NCBI RefSeq assembly: GCF_006345805.1
Contig: NC_043002.1
Coordinates: 14,632,001 to 14,696,000 of the forward strand
Length of the DNA: 64,000 nucleotides
Reading direction: 5' to 3'
From: Octopus sinensis
Taxonomy: Eukaryota
Shown: positions 1-12,564 of the stretch, piece by piece
How the letters are laid out: each line of letters begins with the position of its first letter
Numbering within the stretch: the stretch's first letter is position 1
The notes under the pieces: generated by a model
What the model was told of the DNA's origin: nothing
What the model saw: only the letters and a program-made list of their open reading frames with translations
Database searches by the model: none
Made by a program: the position numbers and the translations under genes

Positions 1-84
1 ATGTTCTGTAGATAATCTGCTCTCATTTTAGTTTCACATTTTGTCAAAGGGCCAGTAATTGCGTGGTATAGAAGTAAGTCTCTG

Positions 85-421
85 ACATCGAAACCAGTGC
101 TCAGCTGGTATATTTTTTAACACCGAAAAGATTAAATGCAAACGTTTGACCTCGGCTGAGTTTGAACTCACAACGTAAAGACGAACGAAATGCCTATTTC
201 TTTATTGCCCACAAGGGGCTAAACACAGAGCGGACAAACAAGGACAGACATAGGTATTAAGTCGATTACATCGACCCCAGTGCGTAACTGGTACTTAATT
301 TATCGACCCCGAAAGGATGAAAGGCAAAATCGACCTCGGTGGAATTTGAACTCACAACGTAACGCAGATGAAATGCCGCTAAGCAATTTGCCCAGCGTGC
401 TAACGATTCTGCCAGTTCCCC
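85..421 (-). mobile_element. tRNA-derived SINE family B (Meta-domain-like core), head-to-tail dimer
   Basis: Two copies of the core atcgaccccgaaaggatgaaaggcaaa..tcgacctcgg..gaatttgaactc; head ..gctaacgattctgccag at about 400-415; B-box-like GAGTTCAAATTCC on minus. The Meta-domain label is from memory of the published consensus. Confidence 0.8.
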
Positions 422-884
422 TCTTTTATTCGTAACCCCCACATTTTTGTCATTGGTCAAGTTTAAAATATACATTCGTAAGTTACGGATGACAGATATT
501 GAAGATTAATATTCAAGTGTGATCTTACTGGCAATAACACCCTATAAGTTCCTGCTTTATCGCTTAGTATATTATAGTCACTCAGAAATTGGAATCCTTA
601 TTTCTCACATTTTGCTCATAGTAAAGAGTTGATAAAACTATCTAATCTTTTTAACTGAACTAATGAGTGAATGTCTACGTGAATTTGAAATCTACTAACC
701 TCTACTTCTATATTCAACGATCTCTTCAAACATTTTATAGAGAATATCAATTCAATTTCCTGCAAAAATGTAACAGTCCAACCTTACATCGTCTAACATT
801 ATCTATATTTTTTTCATCACACACATTCTATCTCAAGAATGAAGGCTATTAGACAATTATTTTCCTTATTCTTTTTTAGACTAG

Positions 885-1492
885 TTACAAAGCCCGAAAC
901 TTTTGGGAAGGGGAAGGGCAGTCGATTAGATCGCCCGAAGTATGCAACTGGTACTTAATTTATCAATTTCGAAAGGATGAAAGGCAAGGTCAACCTCGGC
1001 CGAATTTGAACTCAGAATGTAAAGGCAGACAAAATACCGCTAAGCATTTCGCCCAGCATGCTAACGTTTCTTATTTCTTTATTACCCACAAGGGTCTAAA
1101 TATTGAGGGGACAAACATGGACAGACAAACGGATTAAATCGACTACATCGACACCGAAAGTGTGAAAGGCAAAGTAGACCTCGGCGGAATTTGAATTCAG
1201 AACGCAGTGGCGGACGAAATGCTACAAAGCATTTCGCCCGGCGTGCTAACGTTTCTTATTTATTTATTGCCCAAAAGGGGGCAAAAAACATAGAGGGGAC
1301 AAACAAGGACAGACAAAGAGATTAAGTCGATTAAGTTGACCCCAGTGAGTAACTAGTACTTAATTTCTCGACCCCGAAAAGATGAAAGGCAAAGTCGACC
1401 TTGGCGGAATTTCAACTCAGAACGTAAAGACAGACGAAATAACGCTAAGCATTTCGCCCAGTGTGCTAACGTTCCTACCGGATCGCCGCCTT
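885..1492 (-). mobile_element. SINE family B, head-to-tail trimer
   Basis: Three successive cores (gaaaggatgaaaggcaa..gacctcggc..gaatttgaactcagaac..gctaagcatttcgccc..gctaacg) ending in the 5' head gatcgccgcctta. Confidence 0.8.
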
Positions 1493-1559
1493 AATCATTT
1501 CCCTTATTATAAACAGAATCTAGGCCTCAAGCTGGACGAAATTTTTGTAGCTTTTCTTC

Positions 1560-1715
1560 CAGCGTTACGTTCTGAGATCAAATTCTACTGCTGTCAACGT
1601 TGCCGTTCATCTATTCCGGTTCGGTGAAGTAAGTAACATTTGAATACAGAGACCGATGTAATCAGCTATTTGCTCCCCTAAATATCAGTCCCTGTGTCCA
1701 TAGTAGAAAGAAGTA
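1560..1715 (+). mobile_element. Degenerate SINE family B fragment
   Basis: ttacgttctgagatcaaattc..gtcaacgttgccgttcatc..ggtgaagtaagta..gatgtaatc matches the family core with many substitutions. Confidence 0.5.
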
Positions 1716-2722
1716 GGCAAACTGAGAAATCGTTATCACCTCGGACAAAATGCTTCGACTTTCCCCTTCATAGGCACCAGTTTAGCACTGGTGTGGATAC
1801 TATTAACTTGCCTTTCCCCCAAATTTCGGACCTTGTGCCCAGGTTAGAAAGGATGATATACAAAACCTTTTCCTAAATTATCACACATTTTTGATGTGAA
1901 ATGTTCTCCTATAAATATTTATTGTTTTCTTGTAAACACCGTCTCAAACTACTGACCGTATTATTTTTCAATCCATCGAACGTTCTGCAAGTAGACCGTC
2001 ACAATGTCAACATTGCTGGTTATTTCTCTTCACGTAATGTCTAAAACACGAAGCAAATGTTGTTTTCCTTTACAGTTCTCAAACAATATTTTCAAACAAA
2101 ATTTCACATAAACCTTCACACTTCGGACATCAAAGTATTCCTATATGGTAAACATAAACTAATCGATAGATTTGTTTATGCTGCGGTATTTACAAACGTT
2201 ATTAACAATCAAAAAGCTTTCTTTTAATATTTAGAAGAATATTTCCGTTTTCTGCCACAGTTTATTTTATATATGTACCGTGCTGTAATATAGAGAAAGA
2301 ATTTCAGTTATCCCTCGCATGATAAATTTGCTGAGCAAATATTCTTTCTATAAAGCCATAACAGGTATCTTCAAAAGTAACATTCTAAAGTATTTCTCCA
2401 ACGGAGGATCGGAAAATAGAGGTAAAAATGTCCTCAATGATTATATTGACTCAAGAAACATCAAAGAGAGGAGTAGGTGTAATAAAGTTACATTCACTGT
2501 GAAATACACTACAGCAAACATTACGAACAGATTAGCCTCTAAACAGGATTAAAGAATCGGTTATTGAGTGGTTAATCAACTCTATGGAACAAATCGAAAG
2601 TCGAAAGTAAAACGACAAAATTAAAGGAGGACTTGGAACAAGGTATAAAAGGAATACATGAATGCATAAATGCTTAATTCCATAGAAACTACCTTCAAAA
2701 TGTTTCATCCGACCTCTCACTT

Positions 2723-2773
<51 letters not shown>

Positions 2774-2938
2774 TATACATGTATATATACGTATGTTTAT
2801 ATATATATATGTATATATTTACACGCACATGCATACACACAAACACACACGACACACTACGTATGTGTGTATGTGTGCAAGTATATATATATATATATAC
2901 ATAAATATGTATATGTATATAAACATATATATGTATGC

Positions 2939-2989
<51 letters not shown>

Positions 2990-2995
2990 TATATG

Positions 2996-3035
<40 letters not shown>

Positions 3036-3037
3036 AA
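2723..3037. repeat. Compound microsatellite (CT)n(TA)n(CA)n
   Basis: Directly visible dinucleotide runs. Confidence 0.95.
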
Positions 3038-3400
3038 ACTGAGAATGTGTGTCTGTCTGACTGTCTGTCTATTCCCTAAAACTTGAGAACTACACAACCA
3101 ATTTCCTTCAACTTTTACACATGTCTTACTTAGGGTCCGGGGAGTGTCATCGGCAAAATAAATTTTTAACTTTTAGCCTAGGGCGAGCCCACAGCAATAT
3201 CATATCTTCTCCACTACGATTCCCTAAAAATTGAGAACTACACAACCACTTTCATTCAAATTTTACACATGCCTTAATTATGGTTCATGTAGATACATGG
3301 TCAAAACAATGTTCAACTTCTTGCCTAGAATGAGTCCATAGCAATATCATATCTTCTCCACTATTTCAGTATTACGTGTTAAAAGTGAAACAAAACCATT
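3030..3400 (+). mobile_element. Helitron/HINE-like non-autonomous 5' end with a 148-bp internal tandem duplication (3071-3218, 3219-3363)
   Basis: Begins tatataaaactgagaatgtgtgtctgtctgactgtctgtct (GTCT microsatellite near the terminus, typical of DINE-1/HINE-like elements); attccctaaaa.ttgagaactacacaacca recurs 148 bp apart. Confidence 0.45.
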
Positions 3401-3836
3401 TCTCTATTTTATGTCAGATACTTTCACTTTAACAGTAAAAATTAGAGATAAAAATAACAAGTGAATTCTATGTAGTAAGTAATAATTTAAATCAAACTAA
3501 AGCATAATATAATCGTAACATAGCAAAAGTAAAAATAGCAATTGGTATAAAACCGCATCAATGACTTGAACTTGAATAAGTGATTTCACATGAATATGAA
3601 TAAATTAAAAATAAAATTCGTGTGCAGAAATGGAATAGTCCAGATGGAGCTGTGCACATACTGTTTACCACGGCTTTTACATTAGATTATCTGCTATTTA
3701 GCTAGAATGAGCTTTGCTTATTGTTTAAAAATTGAATTTCATATGTTTGGGGAAATTGACAATACTTTCACCGTTTATACGGAAGCATTTTTGTTAGAAT
3801 GCCTTCGATAGAAGAAAGTCCAAAAATGAATTTCCA

Positions 3837-3886
3837 TATCTATATATATATATATATATATCTATATATATATATATATATATATA

Positions 3887-3930
<44 letters not shown>

Positions 3931-3937
3931 TATATAT

Positions 3938-3979
<42 letters not shown>

Positions 3980-3981
3980 AT

Positions 3982-4052
<71 letters not shown>

Positions 4053-4053
4053 T
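3837..4053. repeat. (TA)n followed by (TAGA)n microsatellite
   Basis: Directly visible. Confidence 0.95.
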
Positions 4054-4394
4054 ATAGTAGTAACAGAAAAGAGGAATTTCGATTATCCCCACGTGGTGGG
4101 TTATAATGTATAAAAGAAATTAAAAAAGGAAACTACGCACACTTACATGGTTTTAATAAATATTTTGATATATCGACCGGTTTCGCTATCGTTATTCATG
4201 GTATTATATTTTATTTATTAGAATATATATTTTTCCTTTAGAAGAAATTTGGTCCATGTTGTGTGTGATGAAATTCACGAGTGAATGACTTCACAAGTAG
4301 ACAAATAAAGGGAGGTAATTGGTTGTTGTTATTGTTATTGTATATATGGGAGATAACTGTTCAGCTTTCGGTAATGGGTGGGGATTAAATATAT

Positions 4395-4490
4395 GTACAG
4401 AACATACGCTCTTCTATAGAAAGGGGCACAGAAAAAAAAGGAGAGAAAAAATGTGTGTAGCGGCTAAGGATCTATCATGGCGAGGAATAA
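4395..4490 (-). mobile_element. Truncated copy of the Penelope-like terminal repeat also at 47660-47860 and 60965-61170
   Basis: acgctctt.tatagaaag..cacag..ggagagaaaaaatgtgtgtag..gctaa.gatctatcatggcg is shared with the other two copies; only the 5' half of the hammerhead remains (CUAUAGA-A-GAGCGU on minus). Confidence 0.6.
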
Positions 4491-5712
4491 TATATATATA
4501 TATATATATATCTATATATATATATATATATAAATACATATACATATACAGATGTAAACATGTATGTCTAGATGTATATATAAATGTACATGTAATATGT
4601 ACGCATATATACATGCATACATATAAACACGCCACCACACACACACACCCCACACTTCACACAGGTGCAGGTGTGGCTGTGTGGTAACCTAGCATGTGTC
4701 TTCTCCTATAGCCTCAGACCAGCCAGCGTTCGCTCTGGGCGACATTGGCGCGACTGTACATAGCTACCGGCCCACAGTCGACGCTATGGCATTGGTGTCC
4801 CTATTACACACGGGTTGGTTTGGGTTGAAAGAATTTCCATTATATATTGAGAACTATAGCCCGAAGGCAGCATACGAAAAACAACCCTTCCACAATTGTT
4901 GGCAGATTTACCTACTCCGCATTGCGAGCAGTGCAACAAGATGCGTCTTCGTCAAAGCAATTGGTCCCCCAACGCAAATTAAATAAAATTTGAGATACGC
5001 GGAACGTCAAAGCTGCTAACAAAAACAGGACAGTGAAAACATTCGGTAAGGGCTGTTTAACCCAAACGAGGTGAAGTGGTGAATGCTGGAGAAAAAAAAA
5101 GGTTTGTCAAGAGACAAACACGAATGCGTGTTACAGTTATAAACTGAACGCGGAGAAAAAGAATTACATTTAGAAATAGAGATCTATAGTTATTGAGGAC
5201 AGAATTTCAGTTAGAAATAGAGAACTATAAATATTGATTGATGTATAAAGTTGTGGCTTACATTCGGGGCTTCCAATTTCTTTGTAAAGTGTAAGATAGT
5301 CGCAAAATCATCGCACATGTCACCATACCATCAATTACAAACAACGGTGGAAGATAAAAGTTCCAGAGGACATTCTTGTTCTTTCGTTTGTACAAGTAAC
5401 GTATTATGTTTCGGCTTAAAATAAATTATACATACAAATATAATGTATAGAAATATATAAAATCCAGAATAGAAAATAAACGTCTTAGGCATATAAAATG
5501 AGATAACATGATATATCAAGGTGTTATAAACTTGAAACCTACTAGAATATCATAGATTATATATATAAATTCATCCAATCAGTTCTGTTCAATCTTACCT
5601 TATTTTTTAGATTTGAATGAAATTTTATTGTATTTACAAATGTCTAATTCGATTAAAAATTATTATGCATTTGTGTACGTGTAAACTAAATCAATATTGT
5701 TTTACAAAATAA

Positions 5713-6450
5713 TAGGGGTGTCCACAGAGTCTGCGTATATGGGGATTAAAACATACTTTTAAAACAAACCAATTTTATTTAATTATGATGTAAATAAATA
5801 ATATTTTCAAAGTGATTTCCATCGTTTTTCAATGCATAACTTGATGCGCCTTGCAAAATTCAGGTGAACTTGATTAAATAAGTCTACATTGCCATCAATT
5901 TCAGCACACTGACTGGTAATGCGTTCTCTCGTGTGTTTTAAATCTGTAATCTTTATTGTAATCTCTCTCTTTCAACATACCCCAGAAAAAGATATCAAGG
6001 GGAGAAAGGTCTTGTGAACGAGGGGACCTTTACATATGAGCCCTTCTTACAATCTAGTGAGGAAAAGTATCATTAAGCCAATCTCTAACAGTTGTGGCAA
6101 AATGGGTAGGGGCCCAATCCTGCTGAAACCATTTCGGAAGGCCCTCGCTTATATATTAATTTGTCTCTCAATATGTTTACATAAGTCTCATCCGTTACAT
6201 GTTCAATGAAGATGGGTCCTAGAACATGAGCTCTCCACAAATCACACCACACCATCACCTTTTTTCCTGCCTGGCTGTTTGGATGGATCCATCCAATGTG
6301 GATTACCTCGACACCAGTATAGAAGATTATGTTTGTTGACCTCACCATTTACATAAAATGTAGCTTTGCCACTGAACAACAAGTTTTTCGTAAAATCGAT
6401 ATTTTCATCCAATTTATCTGAAAACCATTCGCACGTCTACATTCATCTAT
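5713..6450 (-). mobile_element. Decayed Tc1/mariner-superfamily transposase (DDD/E domain)
   Basis: ORF 6085-6348 contains KVMVWCDLWRAHVLGPIF; a frameshifted continuation gives SQDLSPLDIFFWGMLK (WPPRSPDL.P.DFF.WG motif). Confidence 0.75.
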
Positions 6451-7104
6451 CAGTGTCGTCTTCCTTTAAGTGATGCAATATCTGTAGGTTGTATCGATGG
6501 TTAAAGATAACAAAAAAAAAACATGTATATTCAATTTTTGTATATGCATGTGTATGTATACGTATATGGATATGTGCGGGTGTGTGCATATGTGGACGTG
6601 GTTGTGTATGAGTGCATGGGGGCTTATCCGTATATGAACGTGGTTTTTATGCTTTGTACACTTCCTTATGTTTTTTTTCTGTTATCTTTAACCATGGCTT
6701 TTCTTGTGTTTGTGCGTATATAGACGTATGTATGAACTTTTACGGTACGCATGTGTGTGTGTATGCGTTTGTATATATATGCGTATATATTTGACGAAAA
6801 ATGCGAGTGAAGATGTGTACGTTTTCATAGTGACGTGTAAGTACGCACGTGGGATCGCGAGCAGAATTATAATACAGTAATTTCCCTTTATATAACGGTA
6901 TTTTTTCATAGCCTTTTTCACATGGCCAGATAACGGAAGAGATGGTGTTGTGGATTTCCACTTCGGCATTTGAAACACAGAGTTTTATCTTGATTATTGA
7001 GTAATGTAACATATTATTTTATAGATATATATGTATATATATATTATATATATATATTATATATATATATATAATATATATATATATATAGATATATATA
7101 TATA

Positions 7105-8161
7105 TATATATAAACGTAATGGGAGCCTTAACTCCAAAATTTTAGTCATTTCTTTTTTTTATCCAAAACTAGGGCAAAAGTACTGAATGGATCTTTATGA
7201 AATTTGGAAATTATATTCTATGCATAAGGGCCATAACCCCCATGACAATTCATATATTTTTGCTGTTGATGAAATTTTAACCATAGATATTAGACACAAA
7301 TGAAGTAATATTTATAAAATTTCATCTTCTTACATAGTTAGAAAGACCCCTCCATGGGGACCTAACACCCATGATTTTGTCATTTTATCTAAGCAAAAAC
7401 GAATACAGTTGTTCTCTTGGAAACTGTAGGGTTACCCGAGCATAAAAGTTGGGCATTATTTCTAATTCAATGGTACAACAGTGTAACAGTTTGCTTTGAC
7501 ATACACTTACATTGTGGTTTCTGCAATGTGGTGCATAAATTGTTAAGTAAATGAAAGTCATCTTTGTCTCCACTGATTCAGTTGCAAAGTGTTGAATAAA
7601 GTTATTTGATTGCAGACATTCTTTCAGTCTTTTTATTATCACTCGGTCACACATAGTCCCCTGATGGTAACATTGATTACAAGGCCTTCCCAGATGAGTG
7701 ACTGGTTATTCAAAGACATTTATAGATTTTAAATTCATTCTGTTCAGTTACGTATCAGTATAGTGGTCATTTGCAAACACCAGAGACGACACTTTAATTT
7801 CTCCTAAGCCCTCACGTCACACAGTTGTTAATGTTTATTTCAGTTGGGTCACACCCTTCCAACTGCTATAGATTTGTAATGGATCTTATTTCTGTGCCTG
7901 TCACCTGGATGGTGAGGAATCCTACATTGGGAGTGGTAACGACTAGGGTAGGGTAACTGACTGCTTATTGTGATCATTCGTCTTTTGGTTTCCATGTGGC
8001 ACGATTACAATTTTGTAAGGGTGTTTAAAGAGGGAAATAACCCTCATCTGCAATTTTGATGAAATTCGAAACATAGATATTCCAGTTCATTCAGAAAATA
8101 TAACAGAAAAGTCTAATTGTTCAATTGAATGTAACCGGGCAACGCCGGGTATCTCTGCTAG

Positions 8162-8162
<1 letters not shown>
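7105..8162 (+). mobile_element. Helitron-like element with a canonical 3' end
   Basis: Subterminal hairpin accgggcaacgccgggt followed by ..ctgCTAG|t at 8158-8162; the 5' part has the tgaatggatctttatgaaatttgg motif common in non-autonomous rolling-circle elements. The 5' boundary lies inside a TA run and is uncertain. Confidence 0.55.
7380..7740 (-). pseudogene. Possible Pif1-type (Helitron) helicase C-terminal remnant
   Basis: Frameshifted pieces LVINVTIRGLC / DRVIIKRL / LQFP..IRFCL..MTKS resemble LLRN.N...GLCNGTRL...RL...RQFP.RL.FAMTINKSQG. Confidence 0.35.
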
Positions 8163-8258
<96 letters not shown>

Positions 8259-9299
8259 CTTATACATATACATATACATATATGGATGGATGGATAGATG
8301 GATGTATATTGGGCAGACATGGAATACATATACATATACTTATACATATACATATACATATATGGATGGATGGATAGATGTATATTGGGCAGACATGAAA
8401 TTTCTATATGTGTATTCGTTATATTATAATGTACTTTATATTAACTTAAGCAACAGAGAACTTTATGTAAAAAATAAAAAGAATCAATTCCAAAAACGAA
8501 GAAATTCGGACAAACTTTAAAAGTATATAAAAAACATTTTATTATACAACTCTCCTTATAAACTATCCTTATAAATTATCTTTTTCATTGGAAATTTTAA
8601 GCTAAGATTTCTTGAAAATCTTTTTACGAGGAAAATTTCCAATAACATAGTGTACTTTTGAAGTCACATTTCTTAAATTATGAATAATTTTGTAATTTTT
8701 GCCTAAAAATTTTTTTTTTCTTATTTTACGATACTATGCTTACATCTGAATCTTAGTTTAACAATTTGAATATTGCAACAGAAAAATATAAAATAACATT
8801 TTACTTAAAATCAGGAGACTCGCCAAAAAAATGGATGTCTAAAGAGAGATATATAGACGAATAAATTTCCCAGAGATATTAGATAAAGTAATAAATAGTA
8901 CAACCATTATATATGTCTGAAATTTGTTAGTCTCACAGATCCATTCAAAAGTGTGACAGCTTTTTGTTGAAGAATCTAAATTGTTGCAAATTCTTATCTT
9001 AACAATTTCCTTCGTCTTCAAATTTAGCTATATATCTTCCTCCACGTGTCATTAGTAAAAATGGAAACGATAATAATAGTCATCTTTTCTGCTGTCGGCA
9101 CAAAGTCCGACATTTGAGGAAGGGGTTGTCGATTATATCGACGCCAGCACTTGACTGGCACATACTTTATCGAGCAGGAAATGATGAAAATTGAAGTCGA
9201 TCTCTTTAGAATTTGGACCAAGATCTGCCTCCACCACACTATATTTAGCGTACACGTCAAAACGGAATTTGGACGTCACAAAAGCGGTAGAGAAAACTA

Positions 9300-10300
9300 T
9301 GAAACATGTATCATCAACTAGATTTAGCTATCAAATTAAAAGAATTAGGAACCTAGATCAAATATTCGTAAGAGAGTTGGAAATTAGCATTTATTAGTAC
9401 AAGAAAAGATAAGAAAGGTATGCTATCGTAATGTAAGAGCCGTTCTAAAAACTAAACTGAATACAACTAATATAATTGACGCCTTGGACTCCTTAGGTAT
9501 GAGTTTCAATATTAGTAACTAAAGCTTTGCGATAACAGAGTTGACTGAAATACGAGAGTTGTTCCTAATGTAACTCATTGAAAAGCAGACATTGATATAT
9601 TATATCCTCTGAGAAAACAAATGGGTTTGGGAGTAAACAGAAACGTGTACTTCATTGAAAACTGCAAACATGTTACTTGTTTACTACCTACAATGAACAA
9701 AATGCTGAAAGCATAAGCAGTTTATGAAAGATGAAAGTACCAAATGCTACAATAAGTGATGACAAATGCAATGATATATCTTCGAAATATTCATTTGCAT
9801 TAACCATAATGTGATCGAAATATGTATCCCCAACTCAAAAGACAGATGATATGGAAGCTAAATCCAAACAAACCATCGTGCAATTCATAGAAGTAAAACA
9901 GCATCAAAAACCACTTCATGGCCAATACGCAAGTTGACAAAACGTTCATAACGCAGAACAGACACTTGCCCATCTGTGAGAAGTGTCTTATCGTCTCAAG
10001 CCAGAAATACGTAGTATTAGTGAAAATCGACGTTAAAAAGTACTTGCAGCTACAACTGAGAATACATCTGGAAAAGTCTGAGGAGTTCAGCAAATACATG
10101 GATTTAGAGATATAAATCACAGAATTGTGGCATCTCGAAGCGATATTGAATATTGGCACTGTGGATCTTGGAATGATACCAAAAGATACGCATTAATATG
10201 GAGTAAAGATTCCGAGAAGACGTATCATAAGTGAACTGCAAAGAAATATATTTAGGGGTACCTTGCACACTTTACATAAATTCCTCTCCATGCAAATGCA
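9300..10300 (+). mobile_element. R4/Dong-clade LINE 3' remnant (RT C-terminus plus restriction-like endonuclease)
   Basis: Decayed translation KIRKVCYRNVRAVLKTKLN.. and SKYMDLEI*ITELWHLE..LGMIPK..ELQRNIFRGTLHTLHKFLS matches the KYKDLEIE..WHLK..GALGMI..GTAHILR pattern. Confidence 0.65.
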
Positions 10301-10536
10301 CATGTGTTCATTCAAATTCATGGTACATTATTTAAAAGGGATTTATTTATAACATACATACATCAGATTCTAAATTTCATTTAGGTATTAATGTCGCTTC
10401 CGCTTAAGCACGACTGCCAGGTGTGTTATTTCTTCTCTTACTTTTTTCCAATATTAAGTAATTCCGTCTAACATTATTTATGTGTGTAACGGACATTACA
10501 ACAAGGCGTTTATGATTATATCATATCTCGTTTACA

Positions 10537-10957
10537 GGCGCAGGAGTGTCTGTGTGGTAAGTAGCTTGCTAACCAACCACATGGTTCCGGGTTCAGTCCC
10601 ACTGCGTGGCATCTTGGGCAAGTGTCTTCTGCTATAGCCTCGGGCCGACCAAAGCCTTGTGAGTGGATTTGGTAGACAGAAACTGAAAGAAGCCTGTCGT
10701 ATTTATGTATATATATATGTATATGTGCGTGTTTGTGTGTCTGTGTTTGTTCCCCTAGCATTGCTTGACAACCGATGCTGGTGTGTTTATGTCCGAGTTA
10801 CTTAGCGGTTCGGCAAAAGAGACCGATAGAATAAGTACTGGGCTTACAAAAAAATAAGAATAAGTCCCGGGGTCGAGTTGCTCGATTAAAGGCGGTGCTC
10901 CAGCATGGCGGCAGTCAAATGACTGAAACAAGTAAATGAGTAAAAGAGTAAAAGAGT
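10537..10957 (+). mobile_element. tRNA-derived SINE family A (octopus OR-type, CORE-like), full length, with internal microsatellite
   Basis: Head ggcgcaggagtg.ctgtgtggtaag..ggttccgggttcagtccc; CORE-like cttgggcaagtgtc; internal (TA)(TG); tail gactgaaacaagtaaa(gagtaaaa)n. Confidence 0.85.
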
Positions 10958-11073
10958 TATTTATTGGTCTAAAATATAGGGTTTCCTTTGAAATGCTTAG
11001 TTGACTTTCCCTTTTTATCCTTTCAGGGTTGATAATTTCAGTACTGTTTTCTTACATATGTGTTTTATGAGTA

Positions 11074-11298
11074 ACTCTGTTACTCTTTTCCTTGTTTCAG
11101 TCATTTGATTGTGACCATGCTGGAGCACCGCCTTTAGTCGAACAAGTCGACCCCAGGACTTATTCTTTGTAAGCCTAGTACTTATTCTATTGGTCTCTCT
11201 TGCCAAACCGCTAAGTTAGGGGGATGTAAACACACCGGCATCGGTTGTCAAGTGATGTTAGAGGAAACATAAACACACAACCATATACACACTCATAT

Positions 11299-11333
<35 letters not shown>

Positions 11334-11483
11334 CGAGAGGCTTCTTTTAGTTTCCGTCTACCAAATCCACTCACAAGGCTTTGGTAGGGCCGATGCTATA
11401 GTAGAAGACACTTACCCAAGGTGCAACGCAGTCGGACTGAACCTAGAACCATGTGGTGGGTAAGCATGTTACTTACCACACAG
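11074..11483 (-). mobile_element. SINE family A, near full length
   Basis: Reverse complement of the same consensus: ttgtttcagtcatttga..gctggagcaccgcc..ttccgtctaccaaatccactcacaaggc..cttaccacacag. Confidence 0.85.
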
Positions 11484-11522
11484 ATAATTAGATGAATTTG
11501 TATTGTTGATATATTTCATTTC

Positions 11523-11722
11523 TTAAGGCTGCGAGCAAGCAGAAGTTTTAGTACGCCGAGCAAAGTATTTAGCGGCATTTCATTTTCATTTTAAAATTCT
11601 ATCGAGAGCGACTTTTTCTTCCATCCTTTCGGGGTCGATAACTTAAGTATCAATTGTGTTGTAAAGTCGATGTAATCGACTTTCTATCCTCCTCAAAATT
11701 GCTCGGCTTGTGCCAAAATTTA
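11523..11722 (+). mobile_element. SINE family B, diverged monomer
   Basis: aaggctgcgagc..gcagaag..catcctttcggggtcgataa..gtcgatgtaatcgact..ggcttgtgcc. Confidence 0.7.
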
Positions 11723-12564
11723 ACCCCATATTTTTATTTCTTATTTGGTCGCCACTTTCACCGTCTCCACCCAGCTGGCAGCATCGTTAGCGCATAGAAA
11801 AGTAAATGGTTAACGGTTTTTCTTCCGCATTACAAAATTCTCAGTACAACTGCCGCCCGTTGACGTTATTATCACTTTTCAGGACTTTTTGATACGATGC
11901 CTCTCATGTAGCATACTTGAGGCAAAGTTTTCAGAGTAATATTCTGGAATGAAAAATAAGCTCATATTGTAAGTTTCTTTGGACTGGCTAGAGCAACAAC
12001 TCAGCAATCCTTCAGCTGTTTCTTAAGCCAAATAATTTGACAGAGTTATCAAACTGCAATTTCAGTGTGTTGACCATATGGTACAAGGAAAAGAGTCTAG
12101 CTTATCTAAAGCTCTCTTTTCTGGAAGGTACTGGCTGCCTACAGGTTTTCTTGCTAACAAGTGGTCACAGACTTTGTGGTATCCTGATCATTCTTTTCTG
12201 GAGTAGTTTTCACTCTTTTGCCAAGGTTTGGGTCCGCCCACTGATACATTTGAATGACACAGTGTAGAGGTGTGTGCAAACATGCACGAGTATCCCGAAA
12301 ACTTCGTAACCGGAAGGAACTGGCTGGCTACAAGCTATTGAAGGAGCTCTTGCTAACAAGTGGTCACGGATTTTGAGGTATCATGATCAATAACATTATG
12401 GAGAAAAAACGTTCACTATAAACAGGGTCCAATGGGTCACGAATTAAAAAGAAAGAAGCACTACTGCAACATCTTAAACTTCACTGATTATTTCATGCAT
12501 GTTGTTGCTGTCATTTTTAATGACTGTTATAAATAATTCTAAGTAATTTGATTGTCTTATTATC

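Noticed and set aside
4165-4205. Half hammerhead (CGAAACCGGUC on minus)
   Set aside because: No CUGANGA box or stem II upstream.
4720-5060. GC-rich stretch; ORF 4696..4986 and a minus-strand HCSQCGVG peptide resembling a piggyBac cysteine-rich domain
   Set aside because: The match is too short and the other Cys/His ligands are missing; origin unresolved.
10537-10620. tRNA gene
   Set aside because: The tRNA-like boxes are SINE heads without a complete cloverleaf; no true tRNA or rRNA genes were seen in the window.
11940-12420. Possible coding remnant with an internal duplication of about 70 bp (12121-12190, 12310-12390)
   Set aside because: Multiple stops and only a vague integrase-like similarity; no supportable call.
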